Assembly (NCBI GenBank): GCA_038153405.1
Contig: JAYOYH010000034.1
Span: forward strand, 9,092-49,048
Source: Gemmatimonadota bacterium
GTDB taxonomy: Bacteria; Latescibacterota; UBA2968; UBA8231
Length of the DNA stretch: 39,957 nt
Direction of reading: 5' to 3'
Part shown: in pieces, positions 18,801 through 27,794 of the stretch
Numbering within the stretch: the stretch's first letter is position 1
Layout: every line of letters starts with the position of its first letter
Position numbers and translations under genes: made by a program
Notes under the pieces: generated by a model
The model's database searches: none
Told to the model about the DNA's origin: nothing
The model's input: the letters and a program-made list of their open reading frames with translations, nothing else

Positions 18801-19128
18801 ACTCGCCACTTCGACTCTGGTCGTTCTGCGAGAAACTGCGATAGTCTGAAAACCGCTTGTTGTAGGCATTGCCCATTTGGTACAGAGCAGCCTCTTGAAC
18901 GGGATAGTGATCTTCGCCAACCACGACCTGTATGGTTTCTGCATCCAGAACGCTACTCCGCACGACGGACACCTCGCGATAACGATCGATGGCCTGATCG
19001 TATGCACCTTCCGCGTAAAAGCGCTGCGCCTCTGTGAAAGAGGCTATCAGCTCCTGCTCCGTTGGCGCGCGAAATGAAAGCACGGCGCCCGCTGCCGTAA
19101 TCAGCCCGACGAGAAGTGCTAAACTCAT
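15892..19128 (-). CDS. Giant tetratricopeptide repeat protein (CpoB/BamD-like TPRs), N-terminal signal or anchor
   Basis: 1078 aa of repeated A..Y.LG..Y..G.Y..A...F..L...YP units. Hydrophobic N-terminus MSLALLVGLITAAGAVLSF. Confidence 0.85.
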   Translation of the reverse strand: MSLALLVGLITAAGAVLSFRAPTEQELIASFTEAQRFYAEGAYDQAIDRYREVSVVRSSVLDAETIQVVVGEDHYPVQEAALYQMGNAYNKRFSDYRSFSQNDQSRSGEYLQLADSSYAQSVDSFEKVIRSASSKELKGLAHGRLIETHFEAKKYEDVVSASQRLVDEYGADDYALPGFYNLGWAHYEMGDYNASIEAFVDLVENYPNGYRTDRSLFQIGECYLAMDDCGSAVEYYQRLVQRQRIDELSEDQLAAMQREKLAGLVDETALELAAKAEIRTATCYGKIGEYEAGVASFRRVIKRFASERTLVEEAYLRLADMYEQRGDLDGSVRTYREAIDISSDRSLRARIQFALAEKLFSQKQYEAALSEFRVFIQGYSDMASSVGFPLDRVHYRMGNSYQQQAQSRIEGGDKVGAEPLLMRAVAYYDTILQEQNTPYKWESLFNKAYALQTVGGADNERSAERAYRSLIDEAGASYAQRALLQLSELSFQRGEHRLSDSLANQVLVLFPDAAGLDDAHMRRALALQSMGQYEDSIGEFLRVGSDSRHYTSSRLGAGHQLLEQTEYEQALEILTEGMSGADDQQVYSFLYLIGQAHSAMGHWAQAIQAYGDLIESEPEGELLVASRLARGNAALSDDRLALAEGDLSWVIENVTDVEKIRYARETLILLLLKENRATDAVELLESMSNGEAKPQERAELLSRIMDSYYAEGRWEETAQMAKRILALAFEDQASAERPYGLREKALFILGEILVRTSDSAEGVNALQQYVQQFPSGRFAVNAKLSLATIAFSDGDLEAAKSQLMEVRTEELTSEQRFLKTYYLANTHYSLREFAAAHALFEQMVADHPNHESADALYFGLGESNYQLGRFQEAIDAYGVLLTTYRDSDNADDALYNMAWCLIELERQEEAMEQFGLLLERYPDSEFAPSAQFTFGDYAYNAGQYKQALEAYSIVEQRYRRSTVAQQVPKLKKELTEAIAYEAYEKGLALMDSAEVGNRLEFYEEAIDVFEEIIEEYDGTESALGALSNMGVCLEGIGKWNDAVRVYDQVIELYEAEKATRDAYQFARSHRDWIMASRL

Positions 19129-19131
19129 GGC

Positions 19132-22100
19132 CTATTCTGCCTCAAATCCCACGATGACGTTGACGAACGCAGCGACAAACTCTTCGTCGCCTGCTAGTCC
19201 TATTTCGCTGTTCTTGTACTCTTTGTTCCTGTGACTAATGCCGGCGTTTGTGGAGACGACATAGCCAAAGTACTTCGAATTGTTCGACACCATCGCCACG
19301 GCATCAAATTGTTGAAACGTGTTGTCCGAATCAGCGGAATCATTCACCCGGTACGGAAGAGCGAAACCCAAGCCCTGCACGCCGAGCTGAAAGCGCGTCT
19401 GCTCGGTCAGCCTATACTGCAGCTTTGCTATGGGAATGGTGTGCGTTTCGCGGGTAATGTCCCCTTCATCCGCGCTGTTCCACTCGCGGCGATAGCGCAT
19501 CTTTATACCCGAAAACAGGCTGACGCGCTCGCTCAGCTGCCACTGGTAATCAAAGGCGTTAACCATCGTCCAGCGGTTGAGGCGGCGGCCCTCCTGCAGC
19601 CTGCCGTCAAATACTTTGCCCTCGTGCTGGTTGTTGGTTTCGTATTTGATTTTGTTGCGAATTTTCCACGCAGAGCTTGCACCACCCCATTTCGTATCGA
19701 TGTAAATGCGCCCGCGCGTGCTGTTGAGAAAGAGCATGGGATCCTCGCGCGGTCCCTCGAGAAAGGGCGCCACCTTGATGTTGCGCTGTAGACCAGCAAA
19801 GTCGAGCTCAAACTGCTCGGCAATGGTCAGAACGCGGTCGCTGTATACGCTCAGCTCGTCCTCAATCCCATCCTCTATGCGCTCTATTGAAGCACTCGCT
19901 AAAAAGTTGCCGAGCGAAGGTATTTGCCGCGCGTAGCCAATGCGCGAGTAGAGCGACCTGTCGGGAGCTGGGCCTGCAATTTGACGCGTGTCTTTCAACC
20001 CGAGCGTCACGCTCATGCCGCGCAGGGGCCATATGCTCAAATAGGTGTGAAAGCCGCGCGTATCGATGTCGTATGGCAGGTCGGCGACAATATCGTTCTC
20101 GCGCGCATCAATGACGTCGTTGTGGTTGGCATCTTCGCCGAAATCGTAAACGGGCGGATCGGCCGTATACATCAGGAACGGCTCTTGGTAGTCCGGCACG
20201 GCGTTAAAGTTTCTATTCGTGTCGGGAATGCCGTCTTTGTCTTCGTCCAGACCCGGGAATACGCCGTCGACGTCCGACTGCCCCTGTAATCCGCTCGGCG
20301 CGTTGTTATACCAGCTGTCCGGATAGCGGTCGTCGTCGTCGTTGTCCTCTATGAGCCGGTGAATCATCGTGTTGTTATAGGCAATGGGATTGCCAGACGT
20401 ATCCCGTTCGTCGCGCCCGATGTAGCTGCGAAACTCCGTCGTGTAGTGGGGGCCAATAGAAAAGACCTCCGCACCGAATCCCCAGCGTTCGGCATCTTTC
20501 TTTACGGTCAGATAAAATGCGTTGTCGTTTATAGAGGATCGTCCACCCGGCATTGTTTCGCGCTGCAAAGCGTTGATGCTCAGCTCATCGAGCGACACCC
20601 GGGGCTGCGGAACGCCGCTTGCATACTGGAAGAAGCTCCTGCTGCGGCTGAACTCGGCATTTATTTCGAAGCCGTGCAACACGCCGTGCGCGTTTAGGCT
20701 ATACAGGCTGAGGCCAGTGGGTACGCCGCTTTTTACGCGAACGAGCTTCGGCGTGCCGTCTTGGGGGTTGCCTTCTGCCCTTGCCACCGTGCGAAAGTAG
20801 GTCGCGTAGCGATAGCGTTCGCGGTAGTTTGAGCGCGTTGGGCTAGGCGCTGTTCCCGAGATATCAATTTCGGACAGCTCGACGTGATAGTCGTTGGCCA
20901 ACGATAGGTCGACTTCAACCGATTCGATAAACTCACCGAGCGGTTCGAGGTCGACGTAGAGCATAGCGTACTCTTCTCCGTCGAATGCCTGAGGTAGATC
21001 CGCTTTCGTCGCAAAGCCGAAGTCGCCCGACTCTTCAACCAGCTCATGGGCAAACTCCTCATCTACGACGACGGGCGATTCCCCCTCATTTTCTACGCGG
21101 CTCTGGTTAATCACGTGTTCTGGTCCGTACAGCTTGTAGTCGCGATAGTAGAGGTGATCAACCCAAAAGGGAAATTCGTATCCGCGATAGTAGACATCTA
21201 CGTCAAACGCCGCGTAGTTGATATACGGATCATACGTGTTGTACGACGAGCCGCGGTTGATCGACTGGTAGTCGTTGGCCAACGGCGGCAGGGGCTTGCG
21301 CTCTCCGCTGCGCAGGCGGCCCGCCATATAGCTCTGCCTGTCGTCACCGCGTTTATTAAGACGCACGATAAACGGCTCCACCTCCGGTCGCACCACGCCG
21401 TTGACCCGCACGCTTACCGAATGAATAACTACGCCTCCCTTGCCGTCTGTGGGCGAGTCATCGGAAATGCGCAGGGCCAATATCGCGGGCGCATTCTGCA
21501 TGGCGCCCGGGACTCCTTTCGTCGACAGCGCCTTCTGCTCCATCATTGGTTCGTACTGATGAGCGTTAACAAATGTGGCGCCGAAATTCATAAATCCGAC
21601 GTGCCGTTCATAGTGGGCTCCCCAGAGCATCGCCTTCGCCTTGATGCTCTGGTCGTTTTCCCGACCGGACGAATAGATGGGCGCATGCAGGCGAGAAAAG
21701 AGCGCGGAAAAGCTGTTTTTCTTCGATCCCACGTCGATGCGCAGACCGTTCAGATTGGACATCTTCAGCGTAAGCGGAGTGAGACGAGTGCGTATTTCGT
21801 TGGCGTATATAAACCGCGATTGCCAATCGTCCGTTCCATCCGTCCCCACGATGACGTAGTTGAACAAGCGCGCGTAGCTAGAACCGCTCTGGCCGTGCGC
21901 TAAGCTCTCGCTCAACTGCGACCCCCCCGATCCAGCAAAGCGCTGGACGCCCAGCCCGCGTCGTTCCACCCACCGAATGGACTCGGATCCGTAGACCAGG
22001 GGATCTCCCATCAGACTGTAGTAGTTTCTCAAGTTGCTCGTTATACCAATCTGACGGGGATAGTCCACATCGCCCCAGTTGGTGTACTCATCGGTAAAGC

Positions 22101-22296
22101 GCCCCAGAAAAGCGCTGCTGCCCAGCACCCTTTGCGCCCCAATCTCCTCCGTCGCCTCCGTGCTGCCGCTCGCCGCGGGTTGAGCTACCCCATCACCAAC
22201 CAGCAGCACGAGTGCACTTGCACAGCGCAAAAACCACCGGACGGACAGCCCGATTTCTCTATTTGGCGAATTCGTTACCATATTAACGACTGTCAA
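19132..22296 (-). CDS. Large exported protein, putative outer-membrane beta-barrel (paralog 3 of 3)
   Basis: Signal peptide ending ...VGDGVAQ. Shares IRTxxTPLTL/NGLRxD, the DNDD..D..PD...GVFPGLD loop and amphipathic C-terminal strands with the next two ORFs. Exact start uncertain. Confidence 0.7.
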   Translation of the reverse strand: MTVVNMVTNSPNREIGLSVRWFLRCASALVLLVGDGVAQPAASGSTEATEEIGAQRVLGSSAFLGRFTDEYTNWGDVDYPRQIGITSNLRNYYSLMGDPLVYGSESIRWVERRGLGVQRFAGSGGSQLSESLAHGQSGSSYARLFNYVIVGTDGTDDWQSRFIYANEIRTRLTPLTLKMSNLNGLRIDVGSKKNSFSALFSRLHAPIYSSGRENDQSIKAKAMLWGAHYERHVGFMNFGATFVNAHQYEPMMEQKALSTKGVPGAMQNAPAILALRISDDSPTDGKGGVVIHSVSVRVNGVVRPEVEPFIVRLNKRGDDRQSYMAGRLRSGERKPLPPLANDYQSINRGSSYNTYDPYINYAAFDVDVYYRGYEFPFWVDHLYYRDYKLYGPEHVINQSRVENEGESPVVVDEEFAHELVEESGDFGFATKADLPQAFDGEEYAMLYVDLEPLGEFIESVEVDLSLANDYHVELSEIDISGTAPSPTRSNYRERYRYATYFRTVARAEGNPQDGTPKLVRVKSGVPTGLSLYSLNAHGVLHGFEINAEFSRSRSFFQYASGVPQPRVSLDELSINALQRETMPGGRSSINDNAFYLTVKKDAERWGFGAEVFSIGPHYTTEFRSYIGRDERDTSGNPIAYNNTMIHRLIEDNDDDDRYPDSWYNNAPSGLQGQSDVDGVFPGLDEDKDGIPDTNRNFNAVPDYQEPFLMYTADPPVYDFGEDANHNDVIDARENDIVADLPYDIDTRGFHTYLSIWPLRGMSVTLGLKDTRQIAGPAPDRSLYSRIGYARQIPSLGNFLASASIERIEDGIEDELSVYSDRVLTIAEQFELDFAGLQRNIKVAPFLEGPREDPMLFLNSTRGRIYIDTKWGGASSAWKIRNKIKYETNNQHEGKVFDGRLQEGRRLNRWTMVNAFDYQWQLSERVSLFSGIKMRYRREWNSADEGDITRETHTIPIAKLQYRLTEQTRFQLGVQGLGFALPYRVNDSADSDNTFQQFDAVAMVSNNSKYFGYVVSTNAGISHRNKEYKNSEIGLAGDEEFVAAFVNVIVGFEAE

Positions 22297-25091
22297 AACA
22301 GCGGCCTCAAGCCCGCTATAACTCGGAGAAAAATGCGCGAGTAATCCGTGTCTTGCTGACTACGATCTTCGGACAAAAACTCCCTAAATCGGCGTTCGTA
22401 CCCCAGGTTTACGTTGACCTGGTAGCCCAAGTACGTCGACGTGTTGTTTACCTGGGCTAAATAGACGCGGCTATCAAAGTCGACGCCATCGCTCACCCGG
22501 TTGCGGTAGATGCTCGGCAATAACGGCCCCCCCTGCGCGCCCAGCTTAACCGATGTGCGGTCGGAAACGGGATACTCCAAACGCAGTATGGGGAATACGT
22601 AGTGCTCCTTCACCGAAGCTATCTGCTCCGTATCGTCCAACAGACGGCGGTGCAACCACTTTACCTGCGAGCGAACGAGCAGCTCTTTCCAAGGATTCCA
22701 GATGTGCTGCGCCTTGTATACAATCGCCAAATCGGAGATTACGTTGTCGGGCTGCAACGAAGTGGCCTGCTGGTGGTTGGTCTCCCGCTTTACGCTGATT
22801 TCTGCGCTGATGTTTTCAAAGCGCGTAAATGTCGCTTTTGCATAGACCGTGTGCAGCCAGCTGTTCCGCAGCAGCATGGGATCGTCCTGTAGCACGGCCA
22901 CGCCCAGCGGATTTCGCAGCTCTTCGTCTGTGAGCGCAAAGAGGGGAATCGGCTCGGGTTCGAGGTAAATCGGACTGCGTCCCAAGCCAAAGACCCTATC
23001 CTCAATGTCGTCGTGCACCCGCTTCGTGCGGCCCACCGCTTTGACCTTGGCCCAAAATGGGATATCGCGCTCGTACTCCAGGCGCACATACGCCGTCCGC
23101 GCCTCGTCGCCTAGCGAAAGGGCCCGCGTATGGTGGTAGCCCCCCGTCAGCAAGCTATACGGGGTTGGCCTATACTGGCTGAAGAGGTTCCAACCCTGCT
23201 GGCCGACTTCGTACGGGTAGTCGGGGTCGTCGTCGTCTTCCCGCTCATCAATAACCCCGTTGTTGTTCATATCTTCGCCGAAATCGTATGCATCGGGGTT
23301 TACGCGGTAGAGCAAAAACGGTTCGAAGTAGTCGGGAATCCTATTGTCGTTCTCGTTTATATCGGGTCGACCGTTCAAGTCCAAGTCCAAGCCGGGAAAT
23401 ACGCCGTCGGGATCTTCAATAAACCGACCACCCGTCACCAGATTCGTCGTTTTGCGCAGAAAATAGCTATCGGGAAATGGATCCTTGTCGTCGTTGTCAT
23501 CGACGGAGTTGAACTCAATCGTGTTGGTAGGCGCCGGGCGTTCGCCTTCGACTTCGTCGGGCAGCCGCGGCTCGTTAAAGTTCGTCGGATATATAAACGG
23601 GCTGGTTAAAAACTGGAAGTAGCTCCGGTAATCGTCGTCCTGCACACTCAGTTCGGTCGAGTAGTTATCGCCAACGGCAAAGTACTCTGCCCCAAAGCTA
23701 ACCTTCTGCCAGTCGCGCTTTAGCGCCACAAAGAACGCATTGCTGTGCTGCGTCCGGTGCTTGAGGTTTGTGGTGATCAGAGAGGGGTACGCCCTGAAAG
23801 ACAGATTGTGGACGTACTCCGACCGCAGCATAAAGCCCTTCAGGTCCAAGTTGAAGTGACCGCCCAGCAGCGTGCGCCCTGTTTGCCGCCCGTAGCGCAC
23901 ACGGACCCGTTCGAAATAACCGTCGCTGGGATTGCCGTCGGCGTAAGCAGCACGGTAGAAATAGGTAGCCGGATTGGCCGAGGCTCCGTTGAACACCTCG
24001 GCTAGCTCGATTGTATAATCACCCGATACGTCAAAGTCGATCGACACCTGATCGACCATCGCCGTGTCGGACATCGCGGTAACGTATCCGGGCACCTTAA
24101 ACCAAAACAGCGCACTTTCATCGCCCTGCACCGAGTACAGTCCCTCCGGAGATGGCTCGGCATGGGGAAACTCAATAACCAAATCATTGCTGTTGTCGCG
24201 CCGCACGGGCGGTATGAGCAATTCGCCAACATGCTCCGTTACGGTGAGGGTGTACTCGTCGGGGTTGAGCTTGTCATAGGGAGCCAAGAGATGATCGACC
24301 GACACGCCGTTGATGCGCATCTTGGCGCGCCGTATATGCACACCGCTCAAGTCGTCTGGCGTCTGGTCGGCGACGCGGACGACAATCCACTCCGGCGGGC
24401 GCCCCGTAGTGGGCAGCGTGCCCTTGTAGGTCGACTCATCGAGCGACTTGAAGCTGTCCGTCCTGTACTGGTTTACCCACGTAACGCCGGCATCCAGCCC
24501 GCCGCGCTGCGTGCGAATATCGCCGCCGAGTAGGTAGGTGCTCCAGCGCGGGCGAAACTCGGACTTTTCATCGCCGTGTATGCCGTTGTCTGCGTTTTGC
24601 ACCGCCTCAAAAATGGGCTTATCAACCCTCGACGCGAGCAGGACGACGGAGCCATTCTTAAAGTTGGAGTCCCACCTCAATCCGTTCATTGCGGCTAAGT
24701 CGAGCGTGAGCGGAGTAAACTTGGCGCGTATGCGATCACCGATAATAAGCTTGGTATTCACGCCAGAATAATTGTCGCCGGATATTACCAGCCGGTTGAG
24801 ATAGCTCTCGTACACGCCGGGCTTTGTTATGATGCTGCCGGGAACGGGATTGATCGTCCGGTACTCATTTAGCTCGTATACGCTGACGCCGTTCATGATG
24901 AACTGCCCCAAATTGTCGAACTGGGGCGAGCGCGTCCGACCAAAAATCAACGACTCATAGGCGCGGTACCCTTCAAACGCATAGTTGGTGTAGGGCTCGC
25001 CCTGGCGAAACAGCAGCTGGGCATCAACCGGTCCCGTAGAGACCGCGACCAGCAGCATCGCTATGAATTGGCGAATAGAACGCTCCGTCAT
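22293..25091 (-). CDS. Large exported protein, putative outer-membrane beta-barrel (paralog 2 of 3)
   Basis: Signal peptide ending ...GPVDAQ. Motifs LIIGDRIRAKFTPLTL, NGLRWD, DDNDDKDPFPD, DGVFPGLDLDLNG and PILRLEY. Ends in ...RPLF. Confidence 0.7.
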   Translation of the reverse strand: MTERSIRQFIAMLLVAVSTGPVDAQLLFRQGEPYTNYAFEGYRAYESLIFGRTRSPQFDNLGQFIMNGVSVYELNEYRTINPVPGSIITKPGVYESYLNRLVISGDNYSGVNTKLIIGDRIRAKFTPLTLDLAAMNGLRWDSNFKNGSVVLLASRVDKPIFEAVQNADNGIHGDEKSEFRPRWSTYLLGGDIRTQRGGLDAGVTWVNQYRTDSFKSLDESTYKGTLPTTGRPPEWIVVRVADQTPDDLSGVHIRRAKMRINGVSVDHLLAPYDKLNPDEYTLTVTEHVGELLIPPVRRDNSNDLVIEFPHAEPSPEGLYSVQGDESALFWFKVPGYVTAMSDTAMVDQVSIDFDVSGDYTIELAEVFNGASANPATYFYRAAYADGNPSDGYFERVRVRYGRQTGRTLLGGHFNLDLKGFMLRSEYVHNLSFRAYPSLITTNLKHRTQHSNAFFVALKRDWQKVSFGAEYFAVGDNYSTELSVQDDDYRSYFQFLTSPFIYPTNFNEPRLPDEVEGERPAPTNTIEFNSVDDNDDKDPFPDSYFLRKTTNLVTGGRFIEDPDGVFPGLDLDLNGRPDINENDNRIPDYFEPFLLYRVNPDAYDFGEDMNNNGVIDEREDDDDPDYPYEVGQQGWNLFSQYRPTPYSLLTGGYHHTRALSLGDEARTAYVRLEYERDIPFWAKVKAVGRTKRVHDDIEDRVFGLGRSPIYLEPEPIPLFALTDEELRNPLGVAVLQDDPMLLRNSWLHTVYAKATFTRFENISAEISVKRETNHQQATSLQPDNVISDLAIVYKAQHIWNPWKELLVRSQVKWLHRRLLDDTEQIASVKEHYVFPILRLEYPVSDRTSVKLGAQGGPLLPSIYRNRVSDGVDFDSRVYLAQVNNTSTYLGYQVNVNLGYERRFREFLSEDRSQQDTDYSRIFLRVIAGLRPLF

Positions 25092-25094
25092 TTC

Positions 25095-27767
25095 TTACCC
25101 TATGAGCACGCGAAAAAAGTATTCTACAAAACCGACGCTGGGACGGGCCGTATTCGTGTATTCCTGCTTTGTCCGGTACAGGCCCATCAGTATGGACAGG
25201 TCGTATCCCAGATAGTTGCTATTGTTCTGACCAAAGATCGTGTAGGTCGACCGATCAAAGTTCTGGTCTGTAGCCGCTAGGTCACGCGACATTTCCGCAA
25301 AGAACGGCAGCCCCTGCAGGCCGGTGCGGATCTTGGTCTTTGGACCGATTTGCCAATCGGCGCGGAGAATGGGCATGAGCCAGTGGCGCTTTCGATAGGG
25401 CTCAGACCGCTCCGGGTACTTCACGTATTGGAAGATGTGCTTGAATTGGGGGTACACGCTGAGTCGACCACGAGCGTAGGTCCAGCCGACCTTGTTGACC
25501 AGCGTCGCCTGCAGCGTGGAGCCCGGCTTTGCCATCAGCGGGTCTGCCAAAATATCGCCCCGCAAATCAATGTGGTTAACCGAGGCAATATGGCGCGTAA
25601 CAATGCCCTGCGCCGGCTGCAGGTTGGCTTCCACGTAGGTCAGGTTGTCTAAGCTGTTCCTGTTTTGTAGGGCATCGGGCCGCAGCGTCGAGGGGTTTGT
25701 GTTGTAAATCGTATTGCCAATTGAGTCTTTGACCCACCGAATTCGATGGTGCATTTGGATGGTGCCCAACTGGCCGATTTCGCGGCCATAGCTGCCCTCT
25801 GTGTAAGTGGTTTCGTTCTTATCTCCTATCGCCTTGCGCCGCACTCGGTACGTTCCCAGGCGAACCTGCACGCCGGAAGACCAGCTGTGGCGCGCAAAGG
25901 CGTGTAGCCCTTTGTGGTCTATCGGATAGGCGTAATCCGGCAGGTTGTCGTTTTCGCGAAAATCGGCCACGCCGTTGTTGTTGAAGTCGTCTCCATAGAC
26001 GAGCTCTGGCGGCTCGGCGTAATAGGATATGAACGGCTGATACGCATCCGTGCCGCCCGCGCGGTCGACGTCAAAGTCAAGCACGCCGTCGGCATCGGGA
26101 TCTAAGCCGGGGTAGACGCCGTTACCCTGGGCTAGAGAGCGCTGATACGGTATGAGCGGATCTTCGTGCTCTATTCGGTCGGGCCACTGGTCTAGGTCGT
26201 CGTTGTCCTCGACCATATTGAACGGCGCATAGAGTCTGCCGCTGAGCGTAGGACCACGGCTCGACCGTTCAAAAATGGAGAAGTCCGTTCGATAGTCGTG
26301 CGGCACGTCAAAGTATTCGAGCCCCAGCAAAGCCCGGTCGCCGATCTCGCGCGACACGTTGACATACAGCGCCGAAGCCTGGCGCTGGTGTTGCTGACCG
26401 CCCAGCGCGGGCGCCTGGAAAAAGCGCGTGCTGCGCGTGTACTCCCCGCTGGCTGAAAACCCGGCGATCGTCGATTCAAAATTTACACCAACAATTGAAA
26501 TGCCCGTTGGAAATCCGTAGCTGAAGCGTATGCGACGCGTATTGCTAGAAGACGTTGGATTGCCGATCGCCCGGCTCGCGTTATACCAGTCGTAGTAGAA
26601 GTCGTCGTCGCCCGATGCCAGCGTAGGGACGCGCATCGCACCGACGACATCTATGCTGTAGTCGTTGGCGACGACCGCTTCAAACTGAATGTTTGCGGTG
26701 GTATCGGGCAGATCGTACTCGTAAATGATGAGATCTGTTCCGCTGACGGCTTCGGGACTTGCAATCGTGGGCGCCTGGACCAGTGGCGTGGTGACCTCCG
26801 AGATAAGCGCCTTGAAAAACGGCTGGTTGCTGGCCTCTATCACGCCGCGAATCCACGATCTGTTTTTCCTCAGATAGTTTATCTCATTCGGGCTCAGCAG
26901 CACGGTGCTGGAAACATCTTTGGTAACGGGCAGCTGCTGCAACAGATTGTCCACCCGGCTCACTCGAACCGGTTCGACCTGGCGCCCCCCCACGCTAAGG
27001 GTCAACTCGTGCAGGCGGGCCCCGTTTGCGTCTTCTTCCGGCGAGTCGTCGGATATAAACACGTACACTTTGCGCAGGCCGTTCTCCATGACGCGGGGAA
27101 TAACACCCTTTAGGTTATTTACCCGTCCGCTCGACTCGGCATCGTAGCGATGCGTATTTACGTAGCTGCTTCCAATTTTCAGAATGCTACCAATCTGACT
27201 CTCCCAATGTCCTGCAAAAATAGATGTGCCAAAAATGCGCCGATCTTCAAAGCTCTGATCGATGTTCGTATTGGAGGGAACGAAAATGGGATCCGTTAGC
27301 TGCGAGGTAAGCAGGCTAAAGCGATTCTTCTTTGAGGCTCCATCCCATCGAATGCCGTTAAACCTGGGCAGATTGAGCGTCATCGGTGTGAAAAACGTGC
27401 GGATGTGGTCGCCAATGATCAGGCGCGTGGACCAAGGTCCAAACCCCTCGTTGGATATAATCAGCTTGTCAAAAAAGCGATCGTAGCGCGCGTTGCGCGA
27501 TTCGTAGCTGCCTGGTATGCCAAGCTGGTCGCGGCGAATTTCGCTGTAGCGTATGACGTCTACGCCGTCGATAAGCAAGTCGCCAAAGTAGTCAAAGCGC
27601 CGATTCTCCTCGTCGTAGTCGTAGTCCCTATAGCCGGCCGTTCCGTAATTCTCGAAGACCTCATTCGACCAAAGATCGCGGAAGTCGCGCGAGAGGAACT
27701 GTGCATCGACCGAAAACGGAGTGCAGAGCACCCCTAGGACGAACAGGACAAACGTCTGTAATCGCAT
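25095..27767 (-). CDS. Large exported protein, putative outer-membrane beta-barrel (paralog 1 of 3)
   Basis: Signal peptide MRLQTFVLFVLGVLCTPFSVDAQ (ATG 27767; alternative TTG 27788). Motifs LIIGDHIRTFFTPMTL, NGIRWD, EDNDDLDQWPD, NGVYPGLDPDADG and PILRADW. Confidence 0.7.
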   Translation of the reverse strand: MRLQTFVLFVLGVLCTPFSVDAQFLSRDFRDLWSNEVFENYGTAGYRDYDYDEENRRFDYFGDLLIDGVDVIRYSEIRRDQLGIPGSYESRNARYDRFFDKLIISNEGFGPWSTRLIIGDHIRTFFTPMTLNLPRFNGIRWDGASKKNRFSLLTSQLTDPIFVPSNTNIDQSFEDRRIFGTSIFAGHWESQIGSILKIGSSYVNTHRYDAESSGRVNNLKGVIPRVMENGLRKVYVFISDDSPEEDANGARLHELTLSVGGRQVEPVRVSRVDNLLQQLPVTKDVSSTVLLSPNEINYLRKNRSWIRGVIEASNQPFFKALISEVTTPLVQAPTIASPEAVSGTDLIIYEYDLPDTTANIQFEAVVANDYSIDVVGAMRVPTLASGDDDFYYDWYNASRAIGNPTSSSNTRRIRFSYGFPTGISIVGVNFESTIAGFSASGEYTRSTRFFQAPALGGQQHQRQASALYVNVSREIGDRALLGLEYFDVPHDYRTDFSIFERSSRGPTLSGRLYAPFNMVEDNDDLDQWPDRIEHEDPLIPYQRSLAQGNGVYPGLDPDADGVLDFDVDRAGGTDAYQPFISYYAEPPELVYGDDFNNNGVADFRENDNLPDYAYPIDHKGLHAFARHSWSSGVQVRLGTYRVRRKAIGDKNETTYTEGSYGREIGQLGTIQMHHRIRWVKDSIGNTIYNTNPSTLRPDALQNRNSLDNLTYVEANLQPAQGIVTRHIASVNHIDLRGDILADPLMAKPGSTLQATLVNKVGWTYARGRLSVYPQFKHIFQYVKYPERSEPYRKRHWLMPILRADWQIGPKTKIRTGLQGLPFFAEMSRDLAATDQNFDRSTYTIFGQNNSNYLGYDLSILMGLYRTKQEYTNTARPSVGFVEYFFRVLIG

Positions 27768-27794
27768 TGACCTGTGGTAGTTATTCAATATCGT

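Noticed and set aside
11325..19128. Canonical Tol-Pal operon or flagellar MotAB stator
   Set aside because: No TolA, TolB propeller, Pal/OmpA-like peptidoglycan-binding domain or MotB, and two ExbD-type genes are present.
19132..27767. Classical TonB-dependent receptors or a SusC/SusD locus
   Set aside because: No recognisable TonB box, plug motifs or SusD-like lipoprotein. This is rejected by eye only and needs a structural check.
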